The notes under the pieces were generated by a model that worked only from the letters and a program-made list of their open reading frames with translations, was not told the origin of the DNA and did not search any database. Positions 53,598 through 61,886 of a stretch of DNA of 61,886 nucleotides are shown here, in pieces. The DNA is from a virus: the IMG/VR virus record IMGVR_UViG_3300012683_000009; one strand, given 5' to 3'. Within the stretch, counting starts at the first letter, position 1; every line of letters starts with the position of its first letter. The position numbers were made by a program, and so were the translations under genes.

Positions 53598-53987
53598 ATG
53601 GATAACATGCAGAAGAACGAATGCGAAACGTGTGGTGGCGGTTTCGATGGGTACACCGCACCAGAGGCTCGGTGCAGGTGCAAGGAGGAGGCGAAGCACG
53701 AGATGCTGCTCGCGGAGACCAAGTACCTGAAGCGCTCCGGGTGGGAGCCTGTCGATCACATCTCGCTGGCGGAGGGCTCCTCGTGGAAAGCTCCGACCGG
53801 CGACGGACCGATCAGCCAGGCGGCTGCGGTCGACATCCAGAAGCAGCTCGATCGTCGGCCGGCCGTTCGTGGTGTGTGGCTGAGGGGGATCACCACGACC
53901 ACCCTCCGCTCGGAGATGAAGGACGCTCACGAGACCGCCAAGATGCAGATTGCGGAGATGAAGCTCCGTCACAAGGTTCACTGCTGA
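53598..53987 (+). CDS. Cys-rich protein (129 aa)
   Basis: ORF track. Confidence 0.55.
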   Translation: MDNMQKNECETCGGGFDGYTAPEARCRCKEEAKHEMLLAETKYLKRSGWEPVDHISLAEGSSWKAPTGDGPISQAAAVDIQKQLDRRPAVRGVWLRGITTTTLRSEMKDAHETAKMQIAEMKLRHKVHC

Positions 53988-54026
53988 CAGCACTGGAGTA
54001 GAATCCCCCCTCCACTCTGGTGCGTC

Positions 54027-54065
54027 CAGAAGCACGAGAACATCCGTGCTTCTGTTTTAGCTCTT
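54027..54065 (+). terminator. Terminator: 10-bp stem CAGAAGCACG/CGTGCTTCTG then TTTT-AGCTCTT
   Basis: Seen in sequence. Confidence 0.65.
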
Positions 54066-54084
54066 GGAGAGGTACCCTGAACGC

Positions 54085-54336
54085 ATGGCACTCCCGGCGG
54101 CAATGAAGAAGGCGTTGATCGACGAGCTCTCGAAGATGGGCGACAAGCACGTCGCCAAGGCGCTCAACAAGATCCTCTTCCAAGAGCCCCTTCAGAAGCA
54201 GGAAGTCGGCCTGCCAGGGAACCAGGGGACCCCTCCCAACCCGAATGGTGGGCAGGACATGGGTGCAGGGCAGTCGCAGAACAACGTCGGCACCAGCCAG
54301 GGACAGGACCCAACAACAGGCCCAGGAGGAGCATGA
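54085..54336 (+). CDS. Hypothetical Gly/Gln-rich protein (83 aa)
   Basis: ORF 54064..54336 trimmed. Confidence 0.45.
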   Translation: MALPAAMKKALIDELSKMGDKHVAKALNKILFQEPLQKQEVGLPGNQGTPPNPNGGQDMGAGQSQNNVGTSQGQDPTTGPGGA

Positions 54337-54509
54337 AGGCGAAGAAGATCATCTCTAAGGTCGGGCGCTGCGCCAGGTGTGGAAAGAACCACCGGGCAGT
54401 GGTCTTCAAGAAGTTCCGTCGGCCGTTGCAGTTCAAGAGCAAAGAGATCCCGACTCACTGGGGCATTTGCCCGGTCACGAAAGAGCCGATTCTCTTCTGG
54501 ATTGGCTGA
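54333..54509 (+). CDS. Small Cys protein (58 aa)
   Basis: ATGA overlap; below cutoff. Confidence 0.4.
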   Translation: MKAKKIISKVGRCARCGKNHRAVVFKKFRRPLQFKSKEIPTHWGICPVTKEPILFWIG

Positions 54510-54528
54510 GCAAAGCACTCTGGTACGA

Positions 54529-54537
54529 GGGGATAAG
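54529..54537 (+). promoter_or_regulatory. GGGGATAAG promoter-like element followed by two hairpins and a GGGGG SD before ATG 54621
   Basis: Motif recurrence. Confidence 0.4.
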
Positions 54538-54620
54538 AACCTTGATGAGAGAGGCAATTCAGCCTCCTCCGTAAAGGAGTGTCCCGTTGAGAGGCAACCA
54601 CCACAACGGGGGTTCGTAAG

Positions 54621-54920
54621 ATGGAACCGGAAAGTACGAACCCTCCAGTTGAAAGCTCTCCGTACCCAGAGCTGAAAGAAGCTCTAGAAGTCTTCGAACA
54701 GGTCGTGTTCTACGAGAAGGAACTAGCTGCCGAGTCCATCTTCATTGGTCATCTGAGCGACCACGTGAAGGGAACAGCGCTGAGGTATCTCCTGGAGGGG
54801 AGACCTGTGCCAGAGATCATTGCGTACCTCGAAGAGGCGCAACGGAGCTTCAAGCAGTACCGTCGAGATCAACTCCCTCGTAGCAACCCTATTCGGGTCT
54901 ACAAGAAGGAGCATCTGTAG
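54621..54920 (+). CDS. Hypothetical protein (99 aa)
   Basis: ORF track. Confidence 0.5.
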   Translation: MEPESTNPPVESSPYPELKEALEVFEQVVFYEKELAAESIFIGHLSDHVKGTALRYLLEGRPVPEIIAYLEEAQRSFKQYRRDQLPRSNPIRVYKKEHL

Positions 54921-55077
54921 TGGAGCCGGGTTCCACAAGAAGACCGAGGTAGAGCAGCCTCCGGTCCCTCCTCCCGAGGCCCGTGTTTCACGGGGGAAAG
55001 AGGCCAGTTCGGCTCTCTCCCTTTAGGTGTCAGACCCACCTGATAGACCAGCAGTGCCACTCAACCAAGGAGCAGTC

Positions 55078-55995
55078 ATGAGCAACAACCACCCACTCAC
55101 GAAGCAGGACGTCATGCAGGAGCTGAGCTCGATGGAGGGCCGCTTGGAGGCTCTTCTGACCCAGTGGCAGTCCACTGAGGAGGAAATCAAGACAGCAGAG
55201 CAGCACCTGGTGGAACGCAAGGAGGCCCTGGACACCATCAAGAAGGAAGTCGACGAGCACCGTACCGGCATCGCCAACATGAGGAACACCCTCGGGACCT
55301 ACCAGCAGATGGAGCTGGTCGCCTCTGGGAACGACGAAGACTTCAACGGTTGCCCTCATGAGTGGCAGCGAGAAGTCATCGTCTTCATGCGTCGCCAGCC
55401 CGGAGTGAAGTTCCACTTCAGCACCATGTTGACCCTCGTGGACAAGAAGCTGCCGACGGAGGTCTTCACGAAGAACCGATCGGCGATGCTGAATCTGATG
55501 GGCCACCTCATCACGAAGGGGAAGGTCGCCAAGGGCAAGAACGGCAACTACTCGTGGGCCGTCTTCCCGAAGGACTGGAAGACGCCTGCTCCAGTGGTGT
55601 CTCTCTTCAAGACTGGGGAGACGATCGATCGCACCAAGGTCGCCAGCAAGTTCGTCGACTGGATCGTCGCTGGCAAAGAGTACATCCAGAAGGATCTGGA
55701 GAAGGAGTTCCACCAGAAGTGCATTGAGGAGGAGCTCTCGTTCGGCACGCCGGACGACTTCAAGAACGACGCCCAGTTCATCGAGCGCCACATCTACGAG
55801 AGGTCGCAGCACGCCACGGGCATCATCTCCGTCTACGAGAAGGACCCCTCAGGTCGAAAGGGAGATGAGATCTCGACACACCTGATCATCTCCAGGATGC
55901 GGCAGCCTCCGAAGGCGCCCTGGGTCATCGTGCCGAACCCCACCTTCAAGATGCCGCCCCTCGGCATCAAGAGACCGGGTGCCAAGGGAGCCTAG
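55078..55995 (+). CDS. Hypothetical protein (305 aa)
   Basis: ORF 55027..55995 trimmed to ATG with AAGGAGCAG RBS. Confidence 0.55.
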   Translation: MSNNHPLTKQDVMQELSSMEGRLEALLTQWQSTEEEIKTAEQHLVERKEALDTIKKEVDEHRTGIANMRNTLGTYQQMELVASGNDEDFNGCPHEWQREVIVFMRRQPGVKFHFSTMLTLVDKKLPTEVFTKNRSAMLNLMGHLITKGKVAKGKNGNYSWAVFPKDWKTPAPVVSLFKTGETIDRTKVASKFVDWIVAGKEYIQKDLEKEFHQKCIEEELSFGTPDDFKNDAQFIERHIYERSQHATGIISVYEKDPSGRKGDEISTHLIISRMRQPPKAPWVIVPNPTFKMPPLGIKRPGAKGA

Positions 55996-56013
55996 AAACT
56001 GAGCTCCGTCCTG

Positions 56014-56021
56014 GGGATAAG
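56014..56021 (+). promoter_or_regulatory. GGGATAAG promoter-like element, then 13-bp-stem hairpin, then CTCTCGGGAGGAG SD and ATG 56073
   Basis: Motif recurrence. Confidence 0.45.
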
Positions 56022-56072
56022 GTGAAGAGGACAGAAGCACTTTGTCCTCTTCACCGCTCTCGGGAGGAGCAC

Positions 56073-56315
56073 ATGAACCAATACATGGAGTCGGAAGTCG
56101 TCAGGGAATTCGAGAAGAAGCTCATCGCACTGCTGTTGAAGAACGAGCCCAATGGCGGGGCTCTCGGTCTAATCGCCTGGATGTGCCGCAACCTTCACGA
56201 AGCGGATCTTCTCATCTTGGAGAGGGTCGAGAAGGAGATCGGCGAAGAGGGTGCGAGAGACTGGCTGGACCGGGTCATCCGCACTGCATTCCCCCAAACC
56301 ATCGCAGCAGCCTGA
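56073..56315 (+). CDS. Hypothetical protein (80 aa)
   Basis: ORF 56022..56315 trimmed. Confidence 0.5.
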   Translation: MNQYMESEVVREFEKKLIALLLKNEPNGGALGLIAWMCRNLHEADLLILERVEKEIGEEGARDWLDRVIRTAFPQTIAAA

Positions 56316-56323
56316 GGAGGCAC

Positions 56324-56968
56324 ATGTCCACGTACGATCCAGACAGTCTCGTAGGCTACACGATGATTCACGCAGAAGAGAGCTGGGGCGGGAAGGGAAC
56401 CTTCGGGATCAAGATCTTCATCAAGGACACAGAGCGAGACAAGCTCGATGTCCCGGTGAACCGTCACGGCAAGAAGGCGAAGTTCAACACCGACGGAGAC
56501 TGGAAGTCTGTCTACGACGCCGTCAAGCTCATCACCATCGGCATCCGGGGCAGCACGGAGAAGCTGAAGCCGGACTTCGCCGAGAAGAAGGTGAAGCAGC
56601 AGGAGTACTACAAGAACCTCTTCGTCGAGGCTGGCATCACCACCGTCTACATGCAGGAGCTGCCAAACGGCTACTGCCCGGAGGGTGGCTGGTGCTGTCT
56701 CGACAAGCCGTGGTTCAAGGTCACCACGCCCTTCGGTCACGTCAAGATCGGCTGGAGGAAGAGCGTCATCAACATCGACTGGACTGAGAGCGACATTCGC
56801 CCAGGCGGAGAAGAGCTTTTTCCGAACGAGAACGTGACTCGCGGAGGGAAGTACAGCGACGAGGCGAAGTACATCCACGCTCATGGCGACAAGAAGGCCA
56901 TCGAGTATCTCAAGGTGCTGAAGCAGGAAGCGGAGAATCCGACACCCGAAAAGAAGGAGGAGCCATGA
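56324..56968 (+). CDS. Hypothetical protein (214 aa)
   Basis: ORF 56042..56968 trimmed to ATG with GAGGAGG RBS. Confidence 0.55.
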   Translation: MSTYDPDSLVGYTMIHAEESWGGKGTFGIKIFIKDTERDKLDVPVNRHGKKAKFNTDGDWKSVYDAVKLITIGIRGSTEKLKPDFAEKKVKQQEYYKNLFVEAGITTVYMQELPNGYCPEGGWCCLDKPWFKVTTPFGHVKIGWRKSVINIDWTESDIRPGGEELFPNENVTRGGKYSDEAKYIHAHGDKKAIEYLKVLKQEAENPTPEKKEEP

Positions 56969-57792
56969 AGTACCTCACGATTCTGATGACGGGGATCGAC
57001 CCCTTCACCAACTCTGCCTCCATCGGGCTCTATCGATGGAAGTGGGTGGCATGGCTCTTCGGTCTCTGGGCCAAGCTTCACTACGGTGGCGGGCTCTTCG
57101 TCCTCTGGCACATCCCGGAGAGTCACCCGCCCAGGTTCAACAAGAAGAACACTCCGTGGAGCTCAATCCAGCAGATCCAGGAGTGCACGAGGTGCGAGTC
57201 AAGGTGGATCTGGGACGGAGTCTTTGCTCCCACGTGGGTGTGGTCGAAGGCGCCTTGCTTCGACTGCGTCTGCGAGGCGAAGGCTCAGGGGTTCGACTCT
57301 CCTAAGAAGGCTCTAGGCAGAGTCACCGTCTCGGTCAAAGGAGAGGTGATCACCGCAGAGGCGATCCCCATTCCAAGGAAGCAGCTCGGGGTCCCTCTCC
57401 TTCCTTCTGGTGAGCCCGATTGCCCTGAGTGCGCCAACGGCATGACCCATGACCAGTGCAGAACGGGCTGGAAGGCGGTCTTGCAGGCCAACCTGGAGGC
57501 CAAGGTCGCAGACGGCTCTCTTCCGAAGTGGCGACCTCCGTGCAACACCTGCGGCAGCAACTGCGGCCAGTGCGGTAGCAGTCACTGCGGAATCTGCGGT
57601 GTGAAAGGTGGGTATCCGCACAACGGAAAGTGCGACCAGGCGATGCACGCAGCCTACGAGGCCACGAAGTGTGGGCTGTGTGGGAAGTACGCAGCTCACT
57701 TCTGCGTGGACAACAAGGTCGCCGGTGAACAGTACAGCGCCAGAAGCACGTACAAGAAGGGTGAGAAAGACGCCATGGGAGATTCCATGTGA
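56965..57792 (+). CDS. Cys-rich (about 20 Cys) membrane-anchored protein (275 aa)
   Basis: ORF track. Confidence 0.55.
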   Translation: MKYLTILMTGIDPFTNSASIGLYRWKWVAWLFGLWAKLHYGGGLFVLWHIPESHPPRFNKKNTPWSSIQQIQECTRCESRWIWDGVFAPTWVWSKAPCFDCVCEAKAQGFDSPKKALGRVTVSVKGEVITAEAIPIPRKQLGVPLLPSGEPDCPECANGMTHDQCRTGWKAVLQANLEAKVADGSLPKWRPPCNTCGSNCGQCGSSHCGICGVKGGYPHNGKCDQAMHAAYEATKCGLCGKYAAHFCVDNKVAGEQYSARSTYKKGEKDAMGDSM

Positions 57793-57919
57793 GAAGCCTT
57801 CTCGTGAAGAGCGGAGTGCGAGGCAATTGGGGCTACGCCTGGCACTGCGCCAACTACAAGAAGCCCCGTTTCCCGAAGAGGGTACTCAGGACGGTTCTGA
57901 TGTACCTGGGGTTCATGCC

Positions 57920-58132
57920 ATGAAGAATCTGAAGAAGGATGCACCGTCTCGCAACGTTGGGGAAGTGGGCAAGGGCGACTTCATCAAGGTGGGATCCGTC
58001 TGGAAGGAGATTGCTCACAACTCAGGAGAAGGTCCAGAGTACCAGAGTGACTGGTCGGTCGAGACCACCGACGGAAGTCGTCACGGCATGTTCAACATCA
58101 AGCGGTACGCCAAGAAGGAAGACCTGGAGTAG
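57920..58132 (+). CDS. Hypothetical protein (70 aa)
   Basis: ORF 57608..58132 trimmed. Confidence 0.5.
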   Translation: MKNLKKDAPSRNVGEVGKGDFIKVGSVWKEIAHNSGEGPEYQSDWSVETTDGSRHGMFNIKRYAKKEDLE

Positions 58133-58137
58133 GGGTC

Positions 58138-58168
58138 GGAGAGAGGCCGTCGCCTTTCTCCTTTAGCC
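58138..58168 (+). terminator. Terminator hairpin (GGAGAGAGGC / GCCTTTCTCC) then TTTAGCC
   Basis: Seen in sequence. Confidence 0.5.
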
Positions 58169-58326
58169 TTCACTTTTCCTGCTCAAACCACCCTCCTGGT
58201 GGCCCATTAGAGAGTGAGGCGTTTCGAACCGACCGGTTCACGCCCCTCTGTAACGGACCCACCCTCTATTTCCGGGTTGTCACGCTTCGCCCTATTCAAG
58301 GGAGAGCGACCGGGGTCTATCAGGAG

Positions 58327-58542
58327 ATGAACATGTCACCACAGGCGAAGGCTCTCTGGCAGCGGTACTTTGGACAGTTCCCCAAGTCGATGAGGTACCG
58401 GCCCGATGGCATCACGGCTCGGCCCATGGAGCTGATGAGCTACCTGGTGGTCACGGTCGAAGGACCGGGTGGAGTGATAAGCTCGGGCGGCTACAAGTGC
58501 GGCCCTCTGCCTGCTTCTGGAGGTAGGAAGTGGCCTGGCTGA
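58327..58542 (+). CDS. Hypothetical protein (71 aa)
   Basis: ORF track. Confidence 0.5.
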   Translation: MNMSPQAKALWQRYFGQFPKSMRYRPDGITARPMELMSYLVVTVEGPGGVISSGGYKCGPLPASGGRKWPG

Positions 58543-58567
58543 CAGAGGCAAACAGTCTTCTCCCCAC

Positions 58568-58575
58568 GGCATAAG
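58568..58575 (+). promoter_or_regulatory. GGCATAAG promoter-like element, then hairpin, then CTCTCGGGAGGAG SD and ATG 58627
   Basis: Motif recurrence. Confidence 0.45.
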
Positions 58576-58626
58576 GGAAGAGCAGGAAGAAGCATTCAGC
58601 TTCTTTCAGTCTCTCGGGAGGAGACA

Positions 58627-58971
58627 ATGGATCGATACGCTTGGGTGCAGAACTACAACCGGGTCGCAAAGCAGTGGAACGACAGCTACGAGAAGTTCTC
58701 GACGCTGCCTCCTGGCCGCATCAGGGAGAGTGCTCTGGAGCTGCTCCAGATCCAGGGTGCGGACATCATCTTCTTCTTGAACCTGGTCTGGGGCGCCCTC
58801 ACGCCCGAGGACTTCAAGAACCTGGGGCTCATGCAGGGAGCGATGCCGGTGCTGGTCGACGTGGATGATCCTCACGTCATCGCCGGCTTCCTCCTCTTCC
58901 AGGACAACAAGGGGCCGAAGGTCGAGGGCTACGTCGAGGCGCTTCAGAAGGCGGTGAGCTATGCCAACTGA
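58627..58971 (+). CDS. Hypothetical protein (114 aa)
   Basis: ORF track. Confidence 0.55.
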   Translation: MDRYAWVQNYNRVAKQWNDSYEKFSTLPPGRIRESALELLQIQGADIIFFLNLVWGALTPEDFKNLGLMQGAMPVLVDVDDPHVIAGFLLFQDNKGPKVEGYVEALQKAVSYAN

Positions 58972-59200
58972 CATCCCAGAGCTCGTCATCGCCAACAGCC
59001 AGATGGAACCCAACATGTGGTACGTGCGCCGAGGAGACGGGAGCACGAGCCACCAAGACGTGGCCGTCATCTTCGTCTTCGGAAAGGTGAGTCAACATCT
59101 CCCCTCTCCGGAGGTGCTGGACTTCATCAACGAGAAGCTCGGTGCGAAGACGATCGAGCAGCTCTTGCAGGAAGCTGAGAACCGAAAGGGGCAGCGATGA
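58961..59200 (+). CDS. Hypothetical protein (79 aa)
   Basis: ORF track. Confidence 0.5.
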   Translation: MPTDIPELVIANSQMEPNMWYVRRGDGSTSHQDVAVIFVFGKVSQHLPSPEVLDFINEKLGAKTIEQLLQEAENRKGQR

Positions 59201-59472
59201 ACTTCTACCGGTTCACACTGGCAGACCTCATCACGGAGCTCATCTTGCTGCCGCTTCGCCCCATAGCGAGGTGGTACTACCGGGAGTCTCCGAAGCCGCC
59301 CCACTACGGGAACACGACCTACGTGGTGAAGAGGCACTTCATCAACGGAGAGGAGCCGATGGAAGTGGGACGAACCACGGACTACGGGGCCGCTCTGGAG
59401 CTCGCCGAGAAGGTGAAGATGACGGAGAACTTCGACCCGTTCTTCAAAGAGGCACGCATCCACGTGGAGTGA
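59197..59472 (+). CDS. Hypothetical protein (91 aa)
   Basis: ORF track. Confidence 0.5.
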   Translation: MNFYRFTLADLITELILLPLRPIARWYYRESPKPPHYGNTTYVVKRHFINGEEPMEVGRTTDYGAALELAEKVKMTENFDPFFKEARIHVE

Positions 59473-59537
59473 GAACTCCAAGGAGGAGCCCAGGGTCTTA
59501 CCTGGCGCTTCTTCTAGCTCCCAAACCAAGGAGACAA

Positions 59538-59777
59538 ATGACGTTCTCATCAATCAGGTACGAAGGACCGATGTGCCAGGCGATGGTGGTGGCCGAGGTG
59601 AAACATCGTCTCGAACTCGCCATCACAGAGCTCAGGAAGATGAACGACGGGTTCGCTGCGATCGGAGCCGAGGGGACCAACACCAAGCTGAACAACATCA
59701 TCGGCAGGTTGCTGGACCAGAAGGAAGACCTCTACTACCTCCACTGCGAGCTCGAACAGGATCTCAAGAACCGATGA
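59538..59777 (+). CDS. Hypothetical protein (79 aa)
   Basis: ORF 59142..59777 trimmed to ATG with AAGGAGAC RBS. Confidence 0.5.
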   Translation: MTFSSIRYEGPMCQAMVVAEVKHRLELAITELRKMNDGFAAIGAEGTNTKLNNIIGRLLDQKEDLYYLHCELEQDLKNR

Positions 59778-59977
59778 AGACGAAAGAAGAAGCCATGCTG
59801 GAGCTGGAGATGAGGCTGTTCGTCCAGAAGATGGACAAGGTCCCAGATGTAGAGGACCTCAGCACTCAGGCCAAGGAACAGACCATCGAGAGGCATACTC
59901 TCTGGGCCGCCGAGAGCGCCATACAAGAAGCCAAAGTCTTCTTCTCGGTGCGTAGTTTGGGCCCGGACCCGACATAG
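59774..59977 (+). CDS. Hypothetical protein (67 aa)
   Basis: 3' part of ORF 59573..59977 from ATGA-overlap ATG. Confidence 0.45.
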   Translation: MKTKEEAMLELEMRLFVQKMDKVPDVEDLSTQAKEQTIERHTLWAAESAIQEAKVFFSVRSLGPDPT

Positions 59978-59987
59978 GAGTCCTACA

Positions 59988-60260
59988 ATGAACGGCAAGA
60001 AGATGACGAAGAGGGAGATTCTGACCGATCTCAACACGGTCTTGGGCAGGACTTACGAGAAGCTCGTGAAGAGCGAAGAAGAGCTTGAGAAGCTGGAATA
60101 CGCCTTCACCGTGCTGGGCCATGGCAACGGTGGGCAGATCATTCGGCGACTGAGATACGAGATTCAGCAGTCGAAGACCGACGTGAACTGGGCTCTCAAG
60201 ATGGTGAAAGAGGAGGGTCTCGCCCTCCTCAAGGTGAAGTCCAAGAGCAAAAAGACGTGA
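59988..60260 (+). CDS. Hypothetical protein (90 aa)
   Basis: ORF track. Confidence 0.5.
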   Translation: MNGKKMTKREILTDLNTVLGRTYEKLVKSEEELEKLEYAFTVLGHGNGGQIIRRLRYEIQQSKTDVNWALKMVKEEGLALLKVKSKSKKT

Positions 60261-60324
60261 CTCTTCGGGACAAGGTCGTAACGGAAGACATCTCGTCTTC
60301 TGGTTCTCTCGGGAGGAGAACATC

Positions 60325-60474
60325 ATGACCATCGGAACCTACTTGAAGATCCTCGTTCACGGCATCGCCATCGGGTATGCGTACCACGATGAAATCAACG
60401 AAGGCATCGAGCTCGGGGCGAAGGCGGCGGTGAAGGGCTACCGGCTGCTTCGTCGGAAGCTGGCGCAGGCCTGA
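60325..60474 (+). CDS. Small protein (49 aa) preceded by CTCTCGGGAGGAG SD
   Basis: Manual; below cutoff; coordinates +/- 2 nt. Confidence 0.4.
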   Translation: MTIGTYLKILVHGIAIGYAYHDEINEGIELGAKAAVKGYRLLRRKLAQA

Positions 60475-60476
60475 CA

Positions 60477-60566
60477 TGTACCTCGAACTGGCAGGCGTGG
60501 TGATGATCGTCTGGGCACTCTGTATGAGCACCTACTGGGTCATCAGGATCGTGAAGAAGCGCTGAC
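60477..60566 (+). CDS. Possible 29-aa transmembrane peptide (MYLELAGVVMIVWALCMSTYWVIRIVKKR)
   Basis: Manual; very short. Confidence 0.3.
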
Positions 60567-60688
60567 CCGTTGGGTCGGCTCGGAGGGTACCCACCCTCCT
60601 CTTAGCTCTTCGCCGAAATTCTTCCTGATGATGTGGGACAAGGAGGGAGTGGGAGACATCTTGTCTCTCGTTCTCGGGAGGAACACAC

Positions 60689-61024
60689 ATGCCGCATACC
60701 AAGACGGTCATCACCATCGAGCTCGATCAGCAGCTCGCACCTGAGGTGAAGAAGGAGCTCGCTGAGCTCTTTGCTGATGCCCTGCACGAGTTCAAGGGCA
60801 ACCGGTTGCCCATCTACAGCTACTTCGAGCGGAACTACGGGAACAAGTCGGTCTACAAGACCGAGGCGGAGAAGGCCCGGAAGATGGCCCAGATTGACCG
60901 ACGGGTGACTCTGGCCGGGATGCTCCACAACCCGGTGCTGCGGCTGGAGGTCAAAGAAGAGGAGGTCCCCGACAAGTTCGAGCCGGGGTCTCCGGAGTAC
61001 GAGGCCGTCGCAAGGAGCGAGTGA
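60689..61024 (+). CDS. Hypothetical protein (111 aa) preceded by TTCTCGGGAGGAAC SD
   Basis: ORF track. Confidence 0.5.
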   Translation: MPHTKTVITIELDQQLAPEVKKELAELFADALHEFKGNRLPIYSYFERNYGNKSVYKTEAEKARKMAQIDRRVTLAGMLHNPVLRLEVKEEEVPDKFEPGSPEYEAVARSE

Positions 61025-61266
61025 GCATGCCCTTTTGCGCCTGTCACCAGAACCTCCGGGATGTAGACCTCGTGGTCATGCTGGAGAAGGACGCCACGAA
61101 GTGTGACTCCCTCTGGGTTCGTTGGTGCGCTGTGCACCAGGACGAAATCGAAAGGGAGGTCATGGCCTGGCTGAACAAGCACTCCCTGGTCGGCCGCATC
61201 ATGAAGCTCCGGGACCTACCAAAAGAGCAGCGCAACATCGGCAACCTCGGAAGGACCAAGCCATGA
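61021..61266 (+). CDS. Cys-containing protein (81 aa)
   Basis: ORF track. Confidence 0.5.
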   Translation: MSMPFCACHQNLRDVDLVVMLEKDATKCDSLWVRWCAVHQDEIEREVMAWLNKHSLVGRIMKLRDLPKEQRNIGNLGRTKP

Positions 61267-61700
61267 GCCACGGGCACTCTAAGTGGTACACCGACTTGGC
61301 CATGGTGCGAGAGCGCCTGGACGTCCGTGGGCGCACCATGAAGGAGACCATCGAGGCGCTCACGAAGCTCGGCCTGATGAGCCCCGTAGTCGAGGAGATG
61401 GTGCTGACGGTGAAGGTCCTGGGAGAGTGCGCCAACACGGTGAACAACTCGATCCAGGAGGTCAGCATCACCCTCAACGAGATGGGCTACGAGCTCGAAC
61501 GGGCCAAGAAGCTGTCGTCTGGGCCTGTACATGCGCTGGAGAAGAGCACGGGCACCCTCAAGGAGTTCCAGAGTCTGGCGGCCATCCCAGAGGGGTGGGT
61601 CCATGTTCAGAGGGTCATCGGCCAGGAAGGCACGAACTTCAAGCCATGGAAGGACAACCTGGTGAAGCGTAAGAAGTCCAAGCGCAAGGCCAAGAAGTAG
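61263..61700 (+). CDS. Hypothetical protein (145 aa) with basic tail
   Basis: ORF 61122..61700 trimmed to ATGA-overlap ATG. Confidence 0.55.
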   Translation: MSHGHSKWYTDLAMVRERLDVRGRTMKETIEALTKLGLMSPVVEEMVLTVKVLGECANTVNNSIQEVSITLNEMGYELERAKKLSSGPVHALEKSTGTLKEFQSLAAIPEGWVHVQRVIGQEGTNFKPWKDNLVKRKKSKRKAKK

Positions 61701-61705
61701 GGTCT

Positions 61706-61737
61706 GGGGGAGCACTTCCCCCTTTCCTTAGCTCTCT
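61706..61737 (+). terminator. Terminator: GGGGGAG-cac-TTCCCCC then TTTCC-TTAGCTCTCT
   Basis: Seen in sequence. Confidence 0.55.
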
Positions 61738-61886
61738 GACCGGCACTTCAGCATGACATCACCCGGACGAACCCCTCCAGAACTACCCCAAGAAAAAACA
61801 GAGCCTCCCTTCTGAGGTGGGGTTTCTCGGTGGGTGACCGGGTGGGGGTCCTAACAAATCCCCCCCAAGATAGGGGTACCACTGTC

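Noticed and set aside
55030-55812. 260-aa minus ORF
   Set aside because: Antisense to 55078..55995.

Overview
61.9-kb, high-GC (roughly 60%, by eye), very gene-dense window with over 120 short, tightly coupled genes. ATGA/GTGA/TGATG start-stop overlaps are everywhere and there are four strand blocks: minus 1-10242, plus 10290-24596, minus 24625-38654, plus 38720-61700. The content is phage-like, and I read it as an internal segment of a large tailed bacteriophage, possibly a jumbo or T4-like myovirus given an rIIA/rIIB-like pair. Other phage-typical items are an NT5C-type nucleotidase, DNA MTase, SNase, GroES, RHH/XRE regulators, many Zn-ribbon/SWIM minigenes, a lysin with small TM peptides, a tRNA and a tmRNA. 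No terminase, portal or major capsid gene is recognisable, and there is no integrase or CRISPR. Block 1 (minus) holds fibre-like repeat proteins: a partial gene made of 60-bp tandem repeats running off the left edge, a 1378-aa protein with two LamG-like domains and about 25 copies of a 33-aa W-PDYPDFAR repeat, and a set of small beta-rich paralog-like proteins. Block 2 (plus) holds tRNA-Arg(TCT), a full-length Major Vault Protein (MVP) homolog (896 aa), a HAD 5'-nucleotidase, an N6/N4 DNA methyltransferase, a classic AAA ATPase, SWIM proteins and the rIIA-like GHKL ATPase plus rIIB-like protein. Block 3 (minus) is an early-gene-like operon led by an XRE HTH regulator and containing thermonuclease, GroES-like, HAD phosphatase, peptidoglycan-hydrolase and RHH genes. 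Block 4 (plus) holds about 50 small genes, a tmRNA (tag ANDNVELADSPVRLAA), a RyR-domain protein and an orphan CheY-like receiver domain. It also carries a repeated promoter-like/SD cassette (GNATAAG ... hairpin ... CTCTCGGGAGGAG-N5-7-ATG) and a recurring hairpin-TTTAGCTC terminator motif. All homology statements are from memory-based motif and alignment recognition, not database searches. Internal start codons and coordinates of features absent from the ORF track may be off by a few nt.
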